From IMG/VR virus record IMGVR_UViG_3300032236_001129, positions 1-64,000 of that record: a stretch of 64,000 nt of DNA, one strand, 5' to 3'. This DNA is from a virus. Below the pieces are notes generated by a model. That model made no database searches. It saw only the letters and a list, made by a program, of their open reading frames with translations, and was not told the origin of the DNA. The translations under genes and the position numbers were made by a program. Positions 8,185-17,666 of this stretch are shown piece after piece (the first letter of the stretch is position 1; each line of letters starts with the position of its first letter).

Positions 8185-11100
8185 TTACTGGAAGTCGCTA
8201 ACTGGAACGTGTACAGGAGAAGCTGGGTTGCTGTGAGGAGCAAATGTGACGTGAGGAGTTGCAAACTTCTTTGCACCTTTGAGTACGGTCTCCTTAGTAG
8301 CATTACCTCTCTGTACAACCTTACCTGTGCCAGGAATGTTTGATCCAGCTTCGTGTAGTTGAACAATACGTCCTTGGCCATGAACTGGGTGAACCATATC
8401 GTTTCCAACATTTACGCTGACTGGGCCAGCAAAGTTTCCAAATTGCTTGCTACGACCTTCGCTTGCACGACCAGCTTTAGCAGCATATGTTGGCTTTTCT
8501 GCAGGTACAGGTAATTTCTCACCATATACACGTTCCATGCTCTTTGGAACTGGCTTAATCTTTGCAGCAGCTTTAGATCCTGGTTTAGGTTCTTTAACTG
8601 ATTTAACAGGGCCGCCACTAAGCATATTCTCAGGTGTACGCATTGGCTGTGCAGCGATGCGCTCATTAAGAGTCTCAATGCTTACGCTGCCTTTGCGTGG
8701 CTTAGCCTTAGGCATGTTAGCTACAGGCTCAAACAAGGTAGTATTTTTCATCTTACCAAAGATCTTATTTTTTTGAGACTCTTCGCTTACTATTGAGTCA
8801 GTTGTTTTGTTTGCTTCGTTTCGTCTCTTTTGAGCTTTTGCTCCTTCAAACTTAGGCTCTACATAGTTAGCTTCACGTGGGTTTTCGCTTTGTCCCTGTG
8901 GGCGAAACTTGCTGAACTGATCAAGACTACGAAGCTCTTTAGCTTCTTCTCTACCAATGTGTCCAGCCTTTACAGCGGCAGCAACATCTGTTTTTTCTGG
9001 AAGATTTTGCATACGTGCGAATACTTCGGTATCACGTACTGGGCCACGATCATCAGCCATAACTTTAATAGACTTTTGACCTACAGCGCCCTTCTTACGA
9101 GCTTCCTTAGGAGTTAAGCCGATGGTATTTTTTTCCATCTTATAGGCAGCACCAACTTGGTTAACAATCTTTGCTTCATTGGTATTAAGACCTGCTGTAG
9201 CACCTGGACGATATACAGTTTTAATTGTATCTCCAAGCTCAACTGTACGCCATTGACGTCCAGCAGATACTTCTCCCTTTGCCTTACTAAATGCAGGAGA
9301 TTCTACGCTACCTACAGAACGTAGGCTAGGCTCACCAGTTTTACTTGGTGCTCCGCCGTATAGTTTTGTATAGGTAGTCTTTCTAGGGTTAACAATAGTA
9401 TTTTGTCGCTTCTCTGCTTCAGCAGCGGCAGCAGCCTTAGTTTGCTTCTGAACAGACTTAGCAGTCTTGTATTCGCTAGAAGTCATGTAAGCCTTTTTCT
9501 CTTCTGGAGAAAGAGTCTTGAGTTCTGATCTAGACTTATACTTTAAAGCTCCTGTAGCAGCTTTCTTTTTATATTCAGCACGCTCTTTAGGGGTACGACG
9601 ACCAAGCTCTTCAGATGTAAGGTATTCATATTCGTTAGGATTCTTAGGTTGCTCTACAATTCCGCTTTGGACCTTAGGCTTTTCACGAAGCTGTGGATTA
9701 AATTCAGTCGCTTCTTCCTTAGTAATCTTTCCCTGCTTAAGGGCAGTATTTACAGCCTTGGTATCACGAACCAACATTTCAGGTCCACGTCCCTTAGGTG
9801 GAACAGGGTTGGTTTGGAAGTGGAATGGGCGCTTTTGAGAAGTCATAGCCATATCGCCTGAAGCAATAGCTTTTCCGACCTTCTTTCCTGCACTCTTTCC
9901 AGCTGCTTTCTTTGCAGCTGCTTCCTTGTCAGAGGTCATAATAGAGCCCTGTGCAATGGCGTAATCAACGGCATGCATCTTTTGACCTTCTGGAACATTT
10001 GTAAGTGGGTGTTGAATCTTTCTCCATACATCGTCGCTATGAAGTGTCCAACCTTCATGGCTACTTACTGTCTCAGGTTCATGTGCCTTTATAGACTCCA
10101 ACATTCCTGATTTAGAGCTAACTGGCTTAGGAGCAGAACGTCCTACGCTAGTAACAAGGTTATTGTGCTCTGCACCTTCAACATACCCAGGAACTTGCTC
10201 AGCTCCCATTAAAGATTCAGTAGTATCTTCTGGAATATGAACCATAGGCTTTTCTACAGCAGTGCGAGTAAAGTCGTTAGGAAGTGATAGTGGACTTACA
10301 CGGCGAGGTTGTCCTGGCTCTGTCTTTTCCCATACAAATGGGTGAACAATACCCTTTTCATCTTCCCAACCCTTATGATGAGGTTGAACTTCATTAGCAA
10401 CATTAATCTTACGCTCAGAATCAGCCTTAAGAACTGCGGCAGACATCATAGCGTCAGTTTTTCTTTCAAACTTTTCTCTGCTTAAACCTGGTGCGCTTTC
10501 AACATCTTTCTTTTCTAAGCCAGGAATGTGGCGCATAGCGTATGCCATTCTCTGGTGAGGTCCACCAAGAATGTCTTGAGTAGTCTTAGGACGAGGATCT
10601 GTAGGCTTGAAACCTTCAACTTCCTTACCTGTACGCTTAGCTTTACGGTGTGCAGCTTGTGCAAGGCTTAAAGCATGTGAATTTACAGTACGTGTTGCTA
10701 CAACGTTTCCTGCAGCATCTTTAACGTCATATGGCTCATCTCCAGCAAATGAGATAGCTTCTGGTGCTTTACCAGTTGCAGCTGATACTACTGGGCGGGC
10801 TTTCTCAAGAGCTGCTTCAGCACGCTCTTTGAAAGATGTTTGATGGTAATCGGTATCTGCAGCTAATCCTCTATCCATAGGACGAAGAGAAGCTGAAGGA
10901 AGCATAGGATCATATTGAGGCTTACCAGGAATTGAAGGCTTTTCTTTGGTGAAGCGCATAGCTGCTTCTGTAATAGCCTGTCCTTCACGTGCACGTTGCT
11001 GACGCTCTAGCTTATCTGCATATGCCTTTTGAGCTTTTTCAGAGTTAGCTGCCTTTTGTTCAGGAGTAAATTCTTTAGGCTCTGTTTCTATAGCAGAAGA

Positions 11101-11676
11101 AGAAAGATCCCCCACTCTAACAGCTGCACCAATAGTAGAAAGATCAGGTCCACCAAGTGTTACGGGCTTTTCAAAGCGTCCACGCTTAGGTGGCGTAAAA
11201 ACTGTAGTTAAAGACTTTTCTTTTTCGGCAGCTTCTTTCTTAGCCTTTTCCTTATTAACTTCAAAATCACGTGTAGGATCTAATTCAATGCCTGCAGCTT
11301 TAGCACGACGTCCTTTACGGGCAGCATGTACTTGGGTTTTAAATGTTTCTTCTTTAGCAATTTTTTCTTTAGTTTCTTCAGCTTTGCGCTTTTCATAAGC
11401 TTTGCCACGAGGAATAGTAACTTTTTCAAGTCCAGGTACGCCTTCTAGCTTAGCAAGACCTGCTTGTAGGCGTGCTTCATCCTTAGCTTGACGCTCTTCT
11501 TTAGTTAGAGCTCCACCAATATTGGTAGCTTCACGGACACGACGATAGCGCTTACGTAGTTCTCTGCGCTCACCTGGTGTTGCAGGCTTAGTAGCTTCTG
11601 GTTCTTCCTTAACACCAAGGTTATCTGCGATAACTTGATCTTCGGGAGCAATGTCTAGTTTTTTCTTTTTCGCCAT
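8185..11676 (-). CDS. Large basic low-complexity protein (possible internal virion protein)
   Basis: 1163 aa K/A/E/P-rich; no enzyme motif seen; C-terminal VHPVHGQGRIV SH3/Tudor-like segment. Confidence 0.7.
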   Translation of the reverse strand: MAKKKKLDIAPEDQVIADNLGVKEEPEATKPATPGERRELRKRYRRVREATNIGGALTKEERQAKDEARLQAGLAKLEGVPGLEKVTIPRGKAYEKRKAEETKEKIAKEETFKTQVHAARKGRRAKAAGIELDPTRDFEVNKEKAKKEAAEKEKSLTTVFTPPKRGRFEKPVTLGGPDLSTIGAAVRVGDLSSSAIETEPKEFTPEQKAANSEKAQKAYADKLERQQRAREGQAITEAAMRFTKEKPSIPGKPQYDPMLPSASLRPMDRGLAADTDYHQTSFKERAEAALEKARPVVSAATGKAPEAISFAGDEPYDVKDAAGNVVATRTVNSHALSLAQAAHRKAKRTGKEVEGFKPTDPRPKTTQDILGGPHQRMAYAMRHIPGLEKKDVESAPGLSREKFERKTDAMMSAAVLKADSERKINVANEVQPHHKGWEDEKGIVHPFVWEKTEPGQPRRVSPLSLPNDFTRTAVEKPMVHIPEDTTESLMGAEQVPGYVEGAEHNNLVTSVGRSAPKPVSSKSGMLESIKAHEPETVSSHEGWTLHSDDVWRKIQHPLTNVPEGQKMHAVDYAIAQGSIMTSDKEAAAKKAAGKSAGKKVGKAIASGDMAMTSQKRPFHFQTNPVPPKGRGPEMLVRDTKAVNTALKQGKITKEEATEFNPQLREKPKVQSGIVEQPKNPNEYEYLTSEELGRRTPKERAEYKKKAATGALKYKSRSELKTLSPEEKKAYMTSSEYKTAKSVQKQTKAAAAAEAEKRQNTIVNPRKTTYTKLYGGAPSKTGEPSLRSVGSVESPAFSKAKGEVSAGRQWRTVELGDTIKTVYRPGATAGLNTNEAKIVNQVGAAYKMEKNTIGLTPKEARKKGAVGQKSIKVMADDRGPVRDTEVFARMQNLPEKTDVAAAVKAGHIGREEAKELRSLDQFSKFRPQGQSENPREANYVEPKFEGAKAQKRRNEANKTTDSIVSEESQKNKIFGKMKNTTLFEPVANMPKAKPRKGSVSIETLNERIAAQPMRTPENMLSGGPVKSVKEPKPGSKAAAKIKPVPKSMERVYGEKLPVPAEKPTYAAKAGRASEGRSKQFGNFAGPVSVNVGNDMVHPVHGQGRIVQLHEAGSNIPGTGKVVQRGNATKETVLKGAKKFATPHVTFAPHSNPASPVHVPVSDFQ

Positions 11677-12452
11677 TATGGATTAACCTTTATACTCTTA
11701 GCTGTCTGAAGCTTACGACGTGCTGGATTGACTTTTGGTCCTGCTGCCGGTGTTACGACCGGTGGGGTAACGGATGGTTGTTGTCCTGCTGCTGCCGATT
11801 TAGGCATTGTTGATTTAGGAGTACTTGCTTTCTTACTCTTAGCTTTTTTAATAGGTTTAGTAGAAGTACTAGCCGCAGACTTATCAAAGTTTAAAAGTGG
11901 GTGGCCCTTAAGAGCATTACCGATATTTTGTAGTTGACCTGGACCTGCAACAAGTGGGGAAATTCCCTTAGAAGGGTCAGCGTGGTTTTCAGCAAGACCA
12001 GCACTAAGTTCCTTCATAGAGTTAAGATCAGTTACAGAAGCATGCTTCTTAGTTGCACGAGCAGCTGCTGCTGTCTTCTGAGCAATCTTAACTGCACCAG
12101 CGGTACTTTGATCAATTTGACCAATTTTATTAAGATGCTTTTGTTGTTCAAGTTGCTCGTCAATTACGCCTTGGTTTATTCCACGCTTCTCTAGCTCTGT
12201 GGTTCTAACACCTTCTAGAGCAGTATCATAGTGATGTTGAATTGCTGCTCGACCTGCAGAGGCAATAAGTCCTTGCTGTTCTCTGTGGGTATCACGATTT
12301 AGGTTAAGCTGGTGTTGGTAATCCATAAGTGCGGTTTCAACTTTCAAACCTTGAGCTTTTGAGATTGCACTTACAGCTGCGCCTAGGACTCCGCCGTTTA
12401 CACCGATATTGTTGCTTGCCTTAACCATGTTAGAGTTTAGTGCGTCCTTCAT
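11676..12452 (-). CDS. Hypothetical protein with K/A/P-rich tail
   Basis: 258 aa; TAATG-coupled to the 1163-aa gene. Confidence 0.65.
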   Translation of the reverse strand: MKDALNSNMVKASNNIGVNGGVLGAAVSAISKAQGLKVETALMDYQHQLNLNRDTHREQQGLIASAGRAAIQHHYDTALEGVRTTELEKRGINQGVIDEQLEQQKHLNKIGQIDQSTAGAVKIAQKTAAAARATKKHASVTDLNSMKELSAGLAENHADPSKGISPLVAGPGQLQNIGNALKGHPLLNFDKSAASTSTKPIKKAKSKKASTPKSTMPKSAAAGQQPSVTPPVVTPAAGPKVNPARRKLQTAKSIKVNP

Positions 12453-12616
12453 ACAGATCCTAACTTTTCAGCTTCTATGTCAAGAAGTTTAGCAATTCCG
12501 CCCTTTTCTGTAAGCGCTTGGGCATTAATATTATAGTGATGCTGGCAAAAAGTCAGCATTCCACTAGGTAAGTTAACAACTACCTTTGCTCTAGCTGAGC
12601 ATTGGTCACATGCCAC
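12449..12616 (-). CDS. Small Zn-binding protein (CxxC..CxHH)
   Basis: Probable GTG start; ACDQCSARAKV...LTFCQHH, a pattern common in actinophages. Confidence 0.55.
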   Translation of the reverse strand: MACDQCSARAKVVVNLPSGMLTFCQHHYNINAQALTEKGGIAKLLDIEAEKLGSV

Positions 12617-12899
12617 CGGCCCCAGCGCTAGCTCCAGATCCTGTAGAGACTGCGCCTGCTTCTCCGGCCTCTCCGCCTGCTGTGACTGCTGAACCACTGT
12701 CATTCTCCTGACTCTCTTGTTGGGATGTTTCACTGGCTTCGTGATTGCTTCCTTCTGTGCCGCCCATACCACCACAGTTGTTACCCCAGCAACCCCACCA
12801 ACTTTGACCAGGTGCCCAGAGTCCTCCACGTCCTACAGAAACCACATGCTCATGCTTATGCTTCATGTGCTTCTTGAGATGATGATCTTTTTGATTCAT
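12606..12899 (-). CDS. His-rich / Gly-Ser-acidic small protein
   Basis: 97 aa, GGGAG RBS. Confidence 0.5.
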   Translation of the reverse strand: MNQKDHHLKKHMKHKHEHVVSVGRGGLWAPGQSWWGCWGNNCGGMGGTEGSNHEASETSQQESQENDSGSAVTAGGEAGEAGAVSTGSGASAGAGGM

Positions 12900-12937
12900 A
12901 TCGGTATTCTCCCATCAATAGAACTCTTAGAAATGCC

Positions 12938-12963
12938 AAAGGCCGGGATTTCTCCCGGCCTCT
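12938..12963 (-). terminator. Intrinsic terminator
   Basis: AAGGCCGGGA-TTTC-TCCCGGCCTT hairpin downstream of 12984..13754. Confidence 0.6.
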
Positions 12964-12983
12964 GCGCTATTTAGTTTTAAAAA

Positions 12984-13754
12984 CTACCAGCCAAGTCCAC
13001 GTACGTGGATGTTGGTGTTTTCATTCTTAATTGATCCTGCTGGGTTCCAAAAACGCTGCAATGTAATAACGTCTTGTAGATCAGATCCAGGCCAGATTGT
13101 TCCACTGGCAGGTGTATCTAGACCAACAGCAGTTGCTGTTTCAAACTCAATCCAGCTAGAGTCATCATTATCGCTAAGTGCTGTGATTGTTACAGGATCT
13201 GAACCAAAATCATATTCGCTATTGTCGATCCAAACCTTGTCACCTACACGTAGCCCAACAAGTGCGCTATCTCCCCAACTGTTGGAGTCGTATGCATATA
13301 CACGAACAGTCTTATCTGTTGAGACGATTCCATTAATTTCTGGGTTGTGATAAGACATGAATAGGTTGAAGTTCAACTTAGTCAACATTTCATCAGCTTG
13401 AGCAACAGTCTTACGAACTAGATCTGGAACTACTTGTTCAATTCCTGGATCTTCATCTCCCGCATAATTTGGAATAAATGAAGGAAAGTCTGAGTAACCA
13501 AGTGCAGCAATAATATGGCTGTCAGCTGGAGTACGACTTACAAGATTGTTAAGGGTTTGGTAGTAATCTCCTGTTTCAAGGATATCACTAACATACTTTG
13601 TTGTGCCTGACCATCCTACGTTCTCATTACCAGCTGTATAAAGCTCAGCTGCTGAACGACCGTGATCTGGTTGCATAGCCATGTTTCCCCACACGAAGTC
13701 AACACGGACATTGCCCGCATCGTCAAGGTGGTATTCAGGAGTTGGACCTGACAT
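12984..13754 (-). CDS. PASTA-like domain protein, paralogue 1
   Basis: N-terminal DDAGNVRVDFVWGNMAMQP shared with neighbours; VVPDLVRKTVAQA PASTA-like start. Confidence 0.65.
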   Translation of the reverse strand: MSGPTPEYHLDDAGNVRVDFVWGNMAMQPDHGRSAAELYTAGNENVGWSGTTKYVSDILETGDYYQTLNNLVSRTPADSHIIAALGYSDFPSFIPNYAGDEDPGIEQVVPDLVRKTVAQADEMLTKLNFNLFMSYHNPEINGIVSTDKTVRVYAYDSNSWGDSALVGLRVGDKVWIDNSEYDFGSDPVTITALSDNDDSSWIEFETATAVGLDTPASGTIWPGSDLQDVITLQRFWNPAGSIKNENTNIHVRGLGW

Positions 13755-13804
13755 TTTTACTTCCTATCTCTAGAGTGTTTAAGACCCTTACGTCTAAGGG
13801 AATA

Positions 13805-14821
13805 TTAAGCTAGTACCCAAGTACCTACTGTTGCGTTAGTATTTGGATTTGCAAGTACTCCGCCAGTAAGTGCAGTCAACTTACATACAGTTCCGCCTGA
13901 GTTGTAGGAGTCATTGTCTTCTACAGTGTTAACTGTCCAGTTTCTATTCAAACTTGTATTGGAGTTTCCAGCAGTTGTAATTGTTGCTCCAGCTGTAGGC
14001 TTTGTTGTACGGCCAAGTAGGAACATGTAAATTTCTCCGCCAGCACACGCAGCATGTCCTGGGAATGAGTTAGTTGAGAATCCAGCTACTGGGTGAGTTG
14101 TTACTACGTAGTTATAAACTACGATATTAACAACAGTTCCTGGGTTTACCTTAGTTCCAGCAGCAATGCTTTGTGACTTAACATGTAAGTTATTTCCTGA
14201 TGTAGCTCCATCTGTTGATGGGTCAGTGTTACCAAGAACAAGACCTGCAGCTGTAAGAGCCGCCTGAGCTGTTTCTGGATCAACCAAACCTACAAGGTTA
14301 GGTACTGTTGGGGCGGTATAAACCTGGTAATGGATTACATCTGTTGGGTTCTTAATACCAGTCGTTAGCTGATGAACTGTTCCATCATTTGCTAAAGTTC
14401 CAGGAAGTGTGCCATCGGCGTTTGAAGTGTTAAATCCAGCATTAGCCAATCTAGCTTGAGCAGCGCTTTCGGTTAGACCTTCAATATTTGGAACAACTGC
14501 CTCTAAACCGGTATCTCCATCTCCAGCATAGTTTGCAATAAACTGTGGGTAGTTTGAATAGCCAGTTGTAGCAATTTCATGGTTATCCCATGTAAAGGTC
14601 TGTTGACGATAATTTCCGCCGTCTCCTGTACCAAAGTTAAGAACATCCCAACCTGAAGCAAGAGATTGACTTCCTACTTCTTTAGAAACAGTCCAGTTAC
14701 CATCGGTGGTGATTTGACTTCCATTACCTGTCCAGGTACGTTGATCATTTGGTTGAATAGGGAAAGGTCCCCATACAAAGTCAACACGTGGATTTCCTTT
14801 ATCATCTACTGGATATGTCAT
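13805..14821 (-). CDS. PASTA domain protein, paralogue 2
   Basis: Two PASTA-like repeats (VVPNIEGLTESAAQARLANAGF; VPNLVGL..AQAALTAAGLVLG..VKSQSIAAGTKVNPGTVVNIVV). Confidence 0.8.
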   Translation of the reverse strand: MTYPVDDKGNPRVDFVWGPFPIQPNDQRTWTGNGSQITTDGNWTVSKEVGSQSLASGWDVLNFGTGDGGNYRQQTFTWDNHEIATTGYSNYPQFIANYAGDGDTGLEAVVPNIEGLTESAAQARLANAGFNTSNADGTLPGTLANDGTVHQLTTGIKNPTDVIHYQVYTAPTVPNLVGLVDPETAQAALTAAGLVLGNTDPSTDGATSGNNLHVKSQSIAAGTKVNPGTVVNIVVYNYVVTTHPVAGFSTNSFPGHAACAGGEIYMFLLGRTTKPTAGATITTAGNSNTSLNRNWTVNTVEDNDSYNSGGTVCKLTALTGGVLANPNTNATVGTWVLA

Positions 14822-14973
14822 TAGTTGCGGCCTTTCGTCGTATACTCAACAAACTTGACTTCTTGCTTAGAGCCACAGTCTTCACATGGGTTGTAAAAAG
14901 CTTTTAGGCTCTTTAATACATCAGTAGATTGTTCTGTGTCATTGCACTTAACACACTTAATTTCAAATTTCAT
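14821..14973 (-). CDS. Zn-ribbon microprotein (50 aa, not in ORF track)
   Basis: MKFEIKCVKC...PCEDCGS; TAATG-coupled on both sides. Confidence 0.55.
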   Translation of the reverse strand: MKFEIKCVKCNDTEQSTDVLKSLKAFYNPCEDCGSKQEVKFVEYTTKGRN

Positions 14974-15605
14974 TATAACCATCCTGCTGTGTTGTTTTTG
15001 GCTGGGTCATTTGTAAAAGCAGTAAACCAGATATCTGAAGGAGAGCAATCAATGTTTACTTCATTGCCCCAAGATTGATAGGAACCAACCACCATTCCAT
15101 CAAGGTCTTTTCCTGTAAAAACAGTTCCAGTTTGCCAATCAATATAAGTAATGTAGCTAGCAGGAATATACGACCAGAAAATAATTCCTGAATCATAACT
15201 TCCGCCTTGCCAATCATATTTATTTGCTCCACCGGTAAATGTAGCCTCTTTAAGAAAAGCAGGGTTTACACCACAAGTGCGAAGATACTCAATTAAATCT
15301 GGCCAACGCCCATCTCCAGACTTAGGAGAGTTATAACAAACTCCTACTGAAGGCCAAACAAATTGATTATCATTCCATTGACCATTAGCATTTGGGGAAT
15401 AAGGGTAAGCATCCCAACGAGTACCGCTAATAGCGTGGCTGTCTCCAGCACCTAGTACAGGTGGGATATATTGCCAAGAATAATTATTAAGTTCGCCAGG
15501 GCGTGAAACATAGTCGTCAGTTCGATCTAAATTTGGCTGCATGGGCATATTGCCAAATTCATACGCTACGATGGCGTTTCCAAGACTATCACGGTCTATT
15601 GTCAT
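14973..15605 (-). CDS. Paralogue 3 of the DxxGN..GNMPMQP family
   Basis: N-terminal DSLGNAIVAYEFGNMPMQPN and DSHAI...YP motifs match paralogues 1-2. Confidence 0.65.
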   Translation of the reverse strand: MTIDRDSLGNAIVAYEFGNMPMQPNLDRTDDYVSRPGELNNYSWQYIPPVLGAGDSHAISGTRWDAYPYSPNANGQWNDNQFVWPSVGVCYNSPKSGDGRWPDLIEYLRTCGVNPAFLKEATFTGGANKYDWQGGSYDSGIIFWSYIPASYITYIDWQTGTVFTGKDLDGMVVGSYQSWGNEVNIDCSPSDIWFTAFTNDPAKNNTAGWL

Positions 15606-15645
15606 AGATAAAACCTTTCCTTAGGCGCTCAGTATGGCATAAGGG

Positions 15646-16212
15646 TTAGGCTTTTTGTACGTATGTATAAATCTTTCCGCCAGAATAGATATCGTGTTTA
15701 CAGGCAATCTCAATAGCCTTACGTAAAATCTTCTCTGCAGCCTCTGGACTTTTAACTTTATTGTATTCTAAAGCCTCAAGTGCTCCTAGAGCCACATCTC
15801 CACCTGAACCTGCGTAGTAGACGTTGCGGGCTTCACGGTCCCACGAGTAGTCTTCGAAGATTGGGTAGAGTACGCCACGGACGGAAATGATAAGGCTAGA
15901 GTCATGACCAGCAGCATCGCCGTCATCTTTGGCGTCGTAACCGGCTTTTATAAAAGTCTCACGCATCTGGGGGATAAACTTATTTGTAATGAACATATCT
16001 AAATTTTCATTAGCACGTGGTTTTGGAGGCTTCCAACCAAATTGGGTAATGTTTCCACCACGGGATGCACCAGAGACAGCAATTAGTACACCATTGTTAT
16101 CTACAACCTTAGAGGTAGCAAGATCCATATAGCGACCGTCTTCACTAGATGCACGGCTATCGCACCCAATGACAGACCAACCATCACCTTGTATAGCTAC
16201 AAGCGTTGTCAT
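15646..16212 (-). CDS. HslV / proteasome beta-subunit-like Ntn-hydrolase peptidase
   Basis: N-terminal MTTLVA..IGCDSR..K; AGSGG..ALGALEA; A..HDIYSGG. Confidence 0.85.
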   Translation of the reverse strand: MTTLVAIQGDGWSVIGCDSRASSEDGRYMDLATSKVVDNNGVLIAVSGASRGGNITQFGWKPPKPRANENLDMFITNKFIPQMRETFIKAGYDAKDDGDAAGHDSSLIISVRGVLYPIFEDYSWDREARNVYYAGSGGDVALGALEALEYNKVKSPEAAEKILRKAIEIACKHDIYSGGKIYTYVQKA

Positions 16213-16249
16213 AGAACCCTCTCAGTAGTTAGGTGTAAATACTATCAGA

Positions 16250-16756
16250 CTAATCGATGGTGCCTTGTGTAAAGTTTTGGGGGTTGCTCTGAGGCAGGTT
16301 ACCTGCAGTAACTGCTTGCCAGCCCTTGTTCTTGTATCTAGATAGAACAGTATCGATGTAATCAGAGGTAGATGAGTACCCTTGGTAGTCATCCCACTCA
16401 TCGGGGGTAACTCCTGGGTATCCAACCATAGTGTTATCACGCATAAGGATAGCTAAGTACTGCTCGTCCTTGTTATACCCAATCTTCTGGGCACGGGCAC
16501 GACCTAGCGGGTTAGAGCTCTTAGCATCCATAACTTCATAGCCAACTCCAAAATCAGGATCCCCACTAAATACAGAGGGCATATTAGATGCAAGTACATC
16601 TAAGCCATCATTACGGGATCGGGGGGCTGGGCCTTGAACTCCTAGAGCACGCTCTGATCCAAGCTCTTGTGTTCTCTGTAAAAGGCTCGTACGCTTATTT
16701 GGGTATAGACGACCGTTACTACCACGGTAAAAACCCTTAGGGACGTCATCAGCCAT
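16250..16756 (-). CDS. KTSC-like domain protein
   Basis: IGYNKDEQYLAILMRD..YPGVTPDEW resembles the KTSC pattern. Confidence 0.55.
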   Translation of the reverse strand: MADDVPKGFYRGSNGRLYPNKRTSLLQRTQELGSERALGVQGPAPRSRNDGLDVLASNMPSVFSGDPDFGVGYEVMDAKSSNPLGRARAQKIGYNKDEQYLAILMRDNTMVGYPGVTPDEWDDYQGYSSTSDYIDTVLSRYKNKGWQAVTAGNLPQSNPQNFTQGTID

Positions 16757-16765
16757 AAGCTAAGT

Positions 16766-16936
16766 CTACTCTTTGCCGCCCCAGCCGCCACCTTTAAAGT
16801 GCGCTGGAGTTGCTTGCCAGATGCGAACTAGCTCATCGCCACACCCGGGGCAGGTTGGTGTATCTACTTCTTCAAAGGAACGGGTAATCTCATGTACCAT
16901 CTTGCATCGTGCACAGCTATAGTCGTATCTTGGCAT
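16766..16936 (-). CDS. FmdB-family zinc ribbon protein (56 aa, not in ORF track)
   Basis: MPRYDYSCARC...CPGCG...FKGGGW. Confidence 0.8.
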   Translation of the reverse strand: MPRYDYSCARCKMVHEITRSFEEVDTPTCPGCGDELVRIWQATPAHFKGGGWGGKE

Positions 16937-16938
16937 TC

Positions 16939-17046
16939 TTAGTCCTTACAGTCAGGGCATTGTGCGGTCGGGTGTTTTGTGCTAATTGGTATCTCAAACT
17001 TCACACCACATCTATAACATAGCACACTTATCATCAATTCAGTCAT
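16939..17046 (-). CDS. Zn-ribbon microprotein (35 aa)
   Basis: CYRC...CPDC; the longer ORF-track version runs through the tRNA and is an artefact. Confidence 0.45.
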   Translation of the reverse strand: MTELMISVLCYRCGVKFEIPISTKHPTAQCPDCKD

Positions 17047-17084
17047 TTCGTCTTCTTCCGGCGGGTATCTTGGTGTATATACAG

Positions 17085-17157
17085 CTGGTCTGCTTGGACT
17101 CGAACCAAGAACCTGCCGATTAACAGTCGGCTGCTCTGCCAATTGAGCTATAGACCA
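17085..17157 (-). tRNA. tRNA-Asn (GTT)
   Basis: Cloverleaf: D-arm GCTC/GAGC, anticodon stem GCCGA/TCGGC with loop CTGTTAA, T-arm CTTGG-TTCGAGT-CCAAG; CCA not encoded. Confidence 0.95.
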
Positions 17158-17216
17158 AGAGGAGCCCTAGTAGGTGGTTTAGTTCTACTAAGGCTCCTAA
17201 TTAATATTCTACCACA

Positions 17217-17666
17217 TTAAGCGATAGTAATCACCTTTGGCTTCTTCTCCTCGGGTAGCTCTTGCTTAAGGGTGATGCGTAACATGCCATCTTTGAGCTC
17301 TGCACCATCAACCACCACATATTCAGCTAGAACGAAGTTCTGCTTGAAGTCACGGGTAGCAATTCCCTTATAGACAGCTTCCTCTTCAGATGCCTCTAAA
17401 CGGCCTTCTACGGTCAGCTGGAGCTCTTTTACCGTAATGGTGATATCTTCCTTAGCAAATCCCGCTACAGCGATCTCTAGGATGTATGAGTCATCCTTTT
17501 TAATGATGTTGTATGGAGGATACCCGCTCGATTTTGAGCTTGAGACACGAGAAAAGGTGTCAAAGAGTGGATCAAAGCCGATTGCCCAGCGATTGAACTG
17601 AGGATATAGGCTTGAGATGTTGAGTTCTGATCTATCTGGAGTGAATCCAGCGTTCATTATTGCCAT
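17217..17666 (-). CDS. Small heat shock protein (Hsp20/IbpA-like)
   Basis: YPPYNI, EIAVAGF, GIATRDF, AELKDGMLRI alpha-crystallin motifs. Confidence 0.93.
   Translation of the reverse strand: MAIMNAGFTPDRSELNISSLYPQFNRWAIGFDPLFDTFSRVSSSKSSGYPPYNIIKKDDSYILEIAVAGFAKEDITITVKELQLTVEGRLEASEEEAVYKGIATRDFKQNFVLAEYVVVDGAELKDGMLRITLKQELPEEKKPKVITIA

Noticed and set aside
17047-17142. N-terminal extension of the 16939..17142 ORF
   Set aside because: It reads through the tRNA-Asn gene; the likely start is 17046
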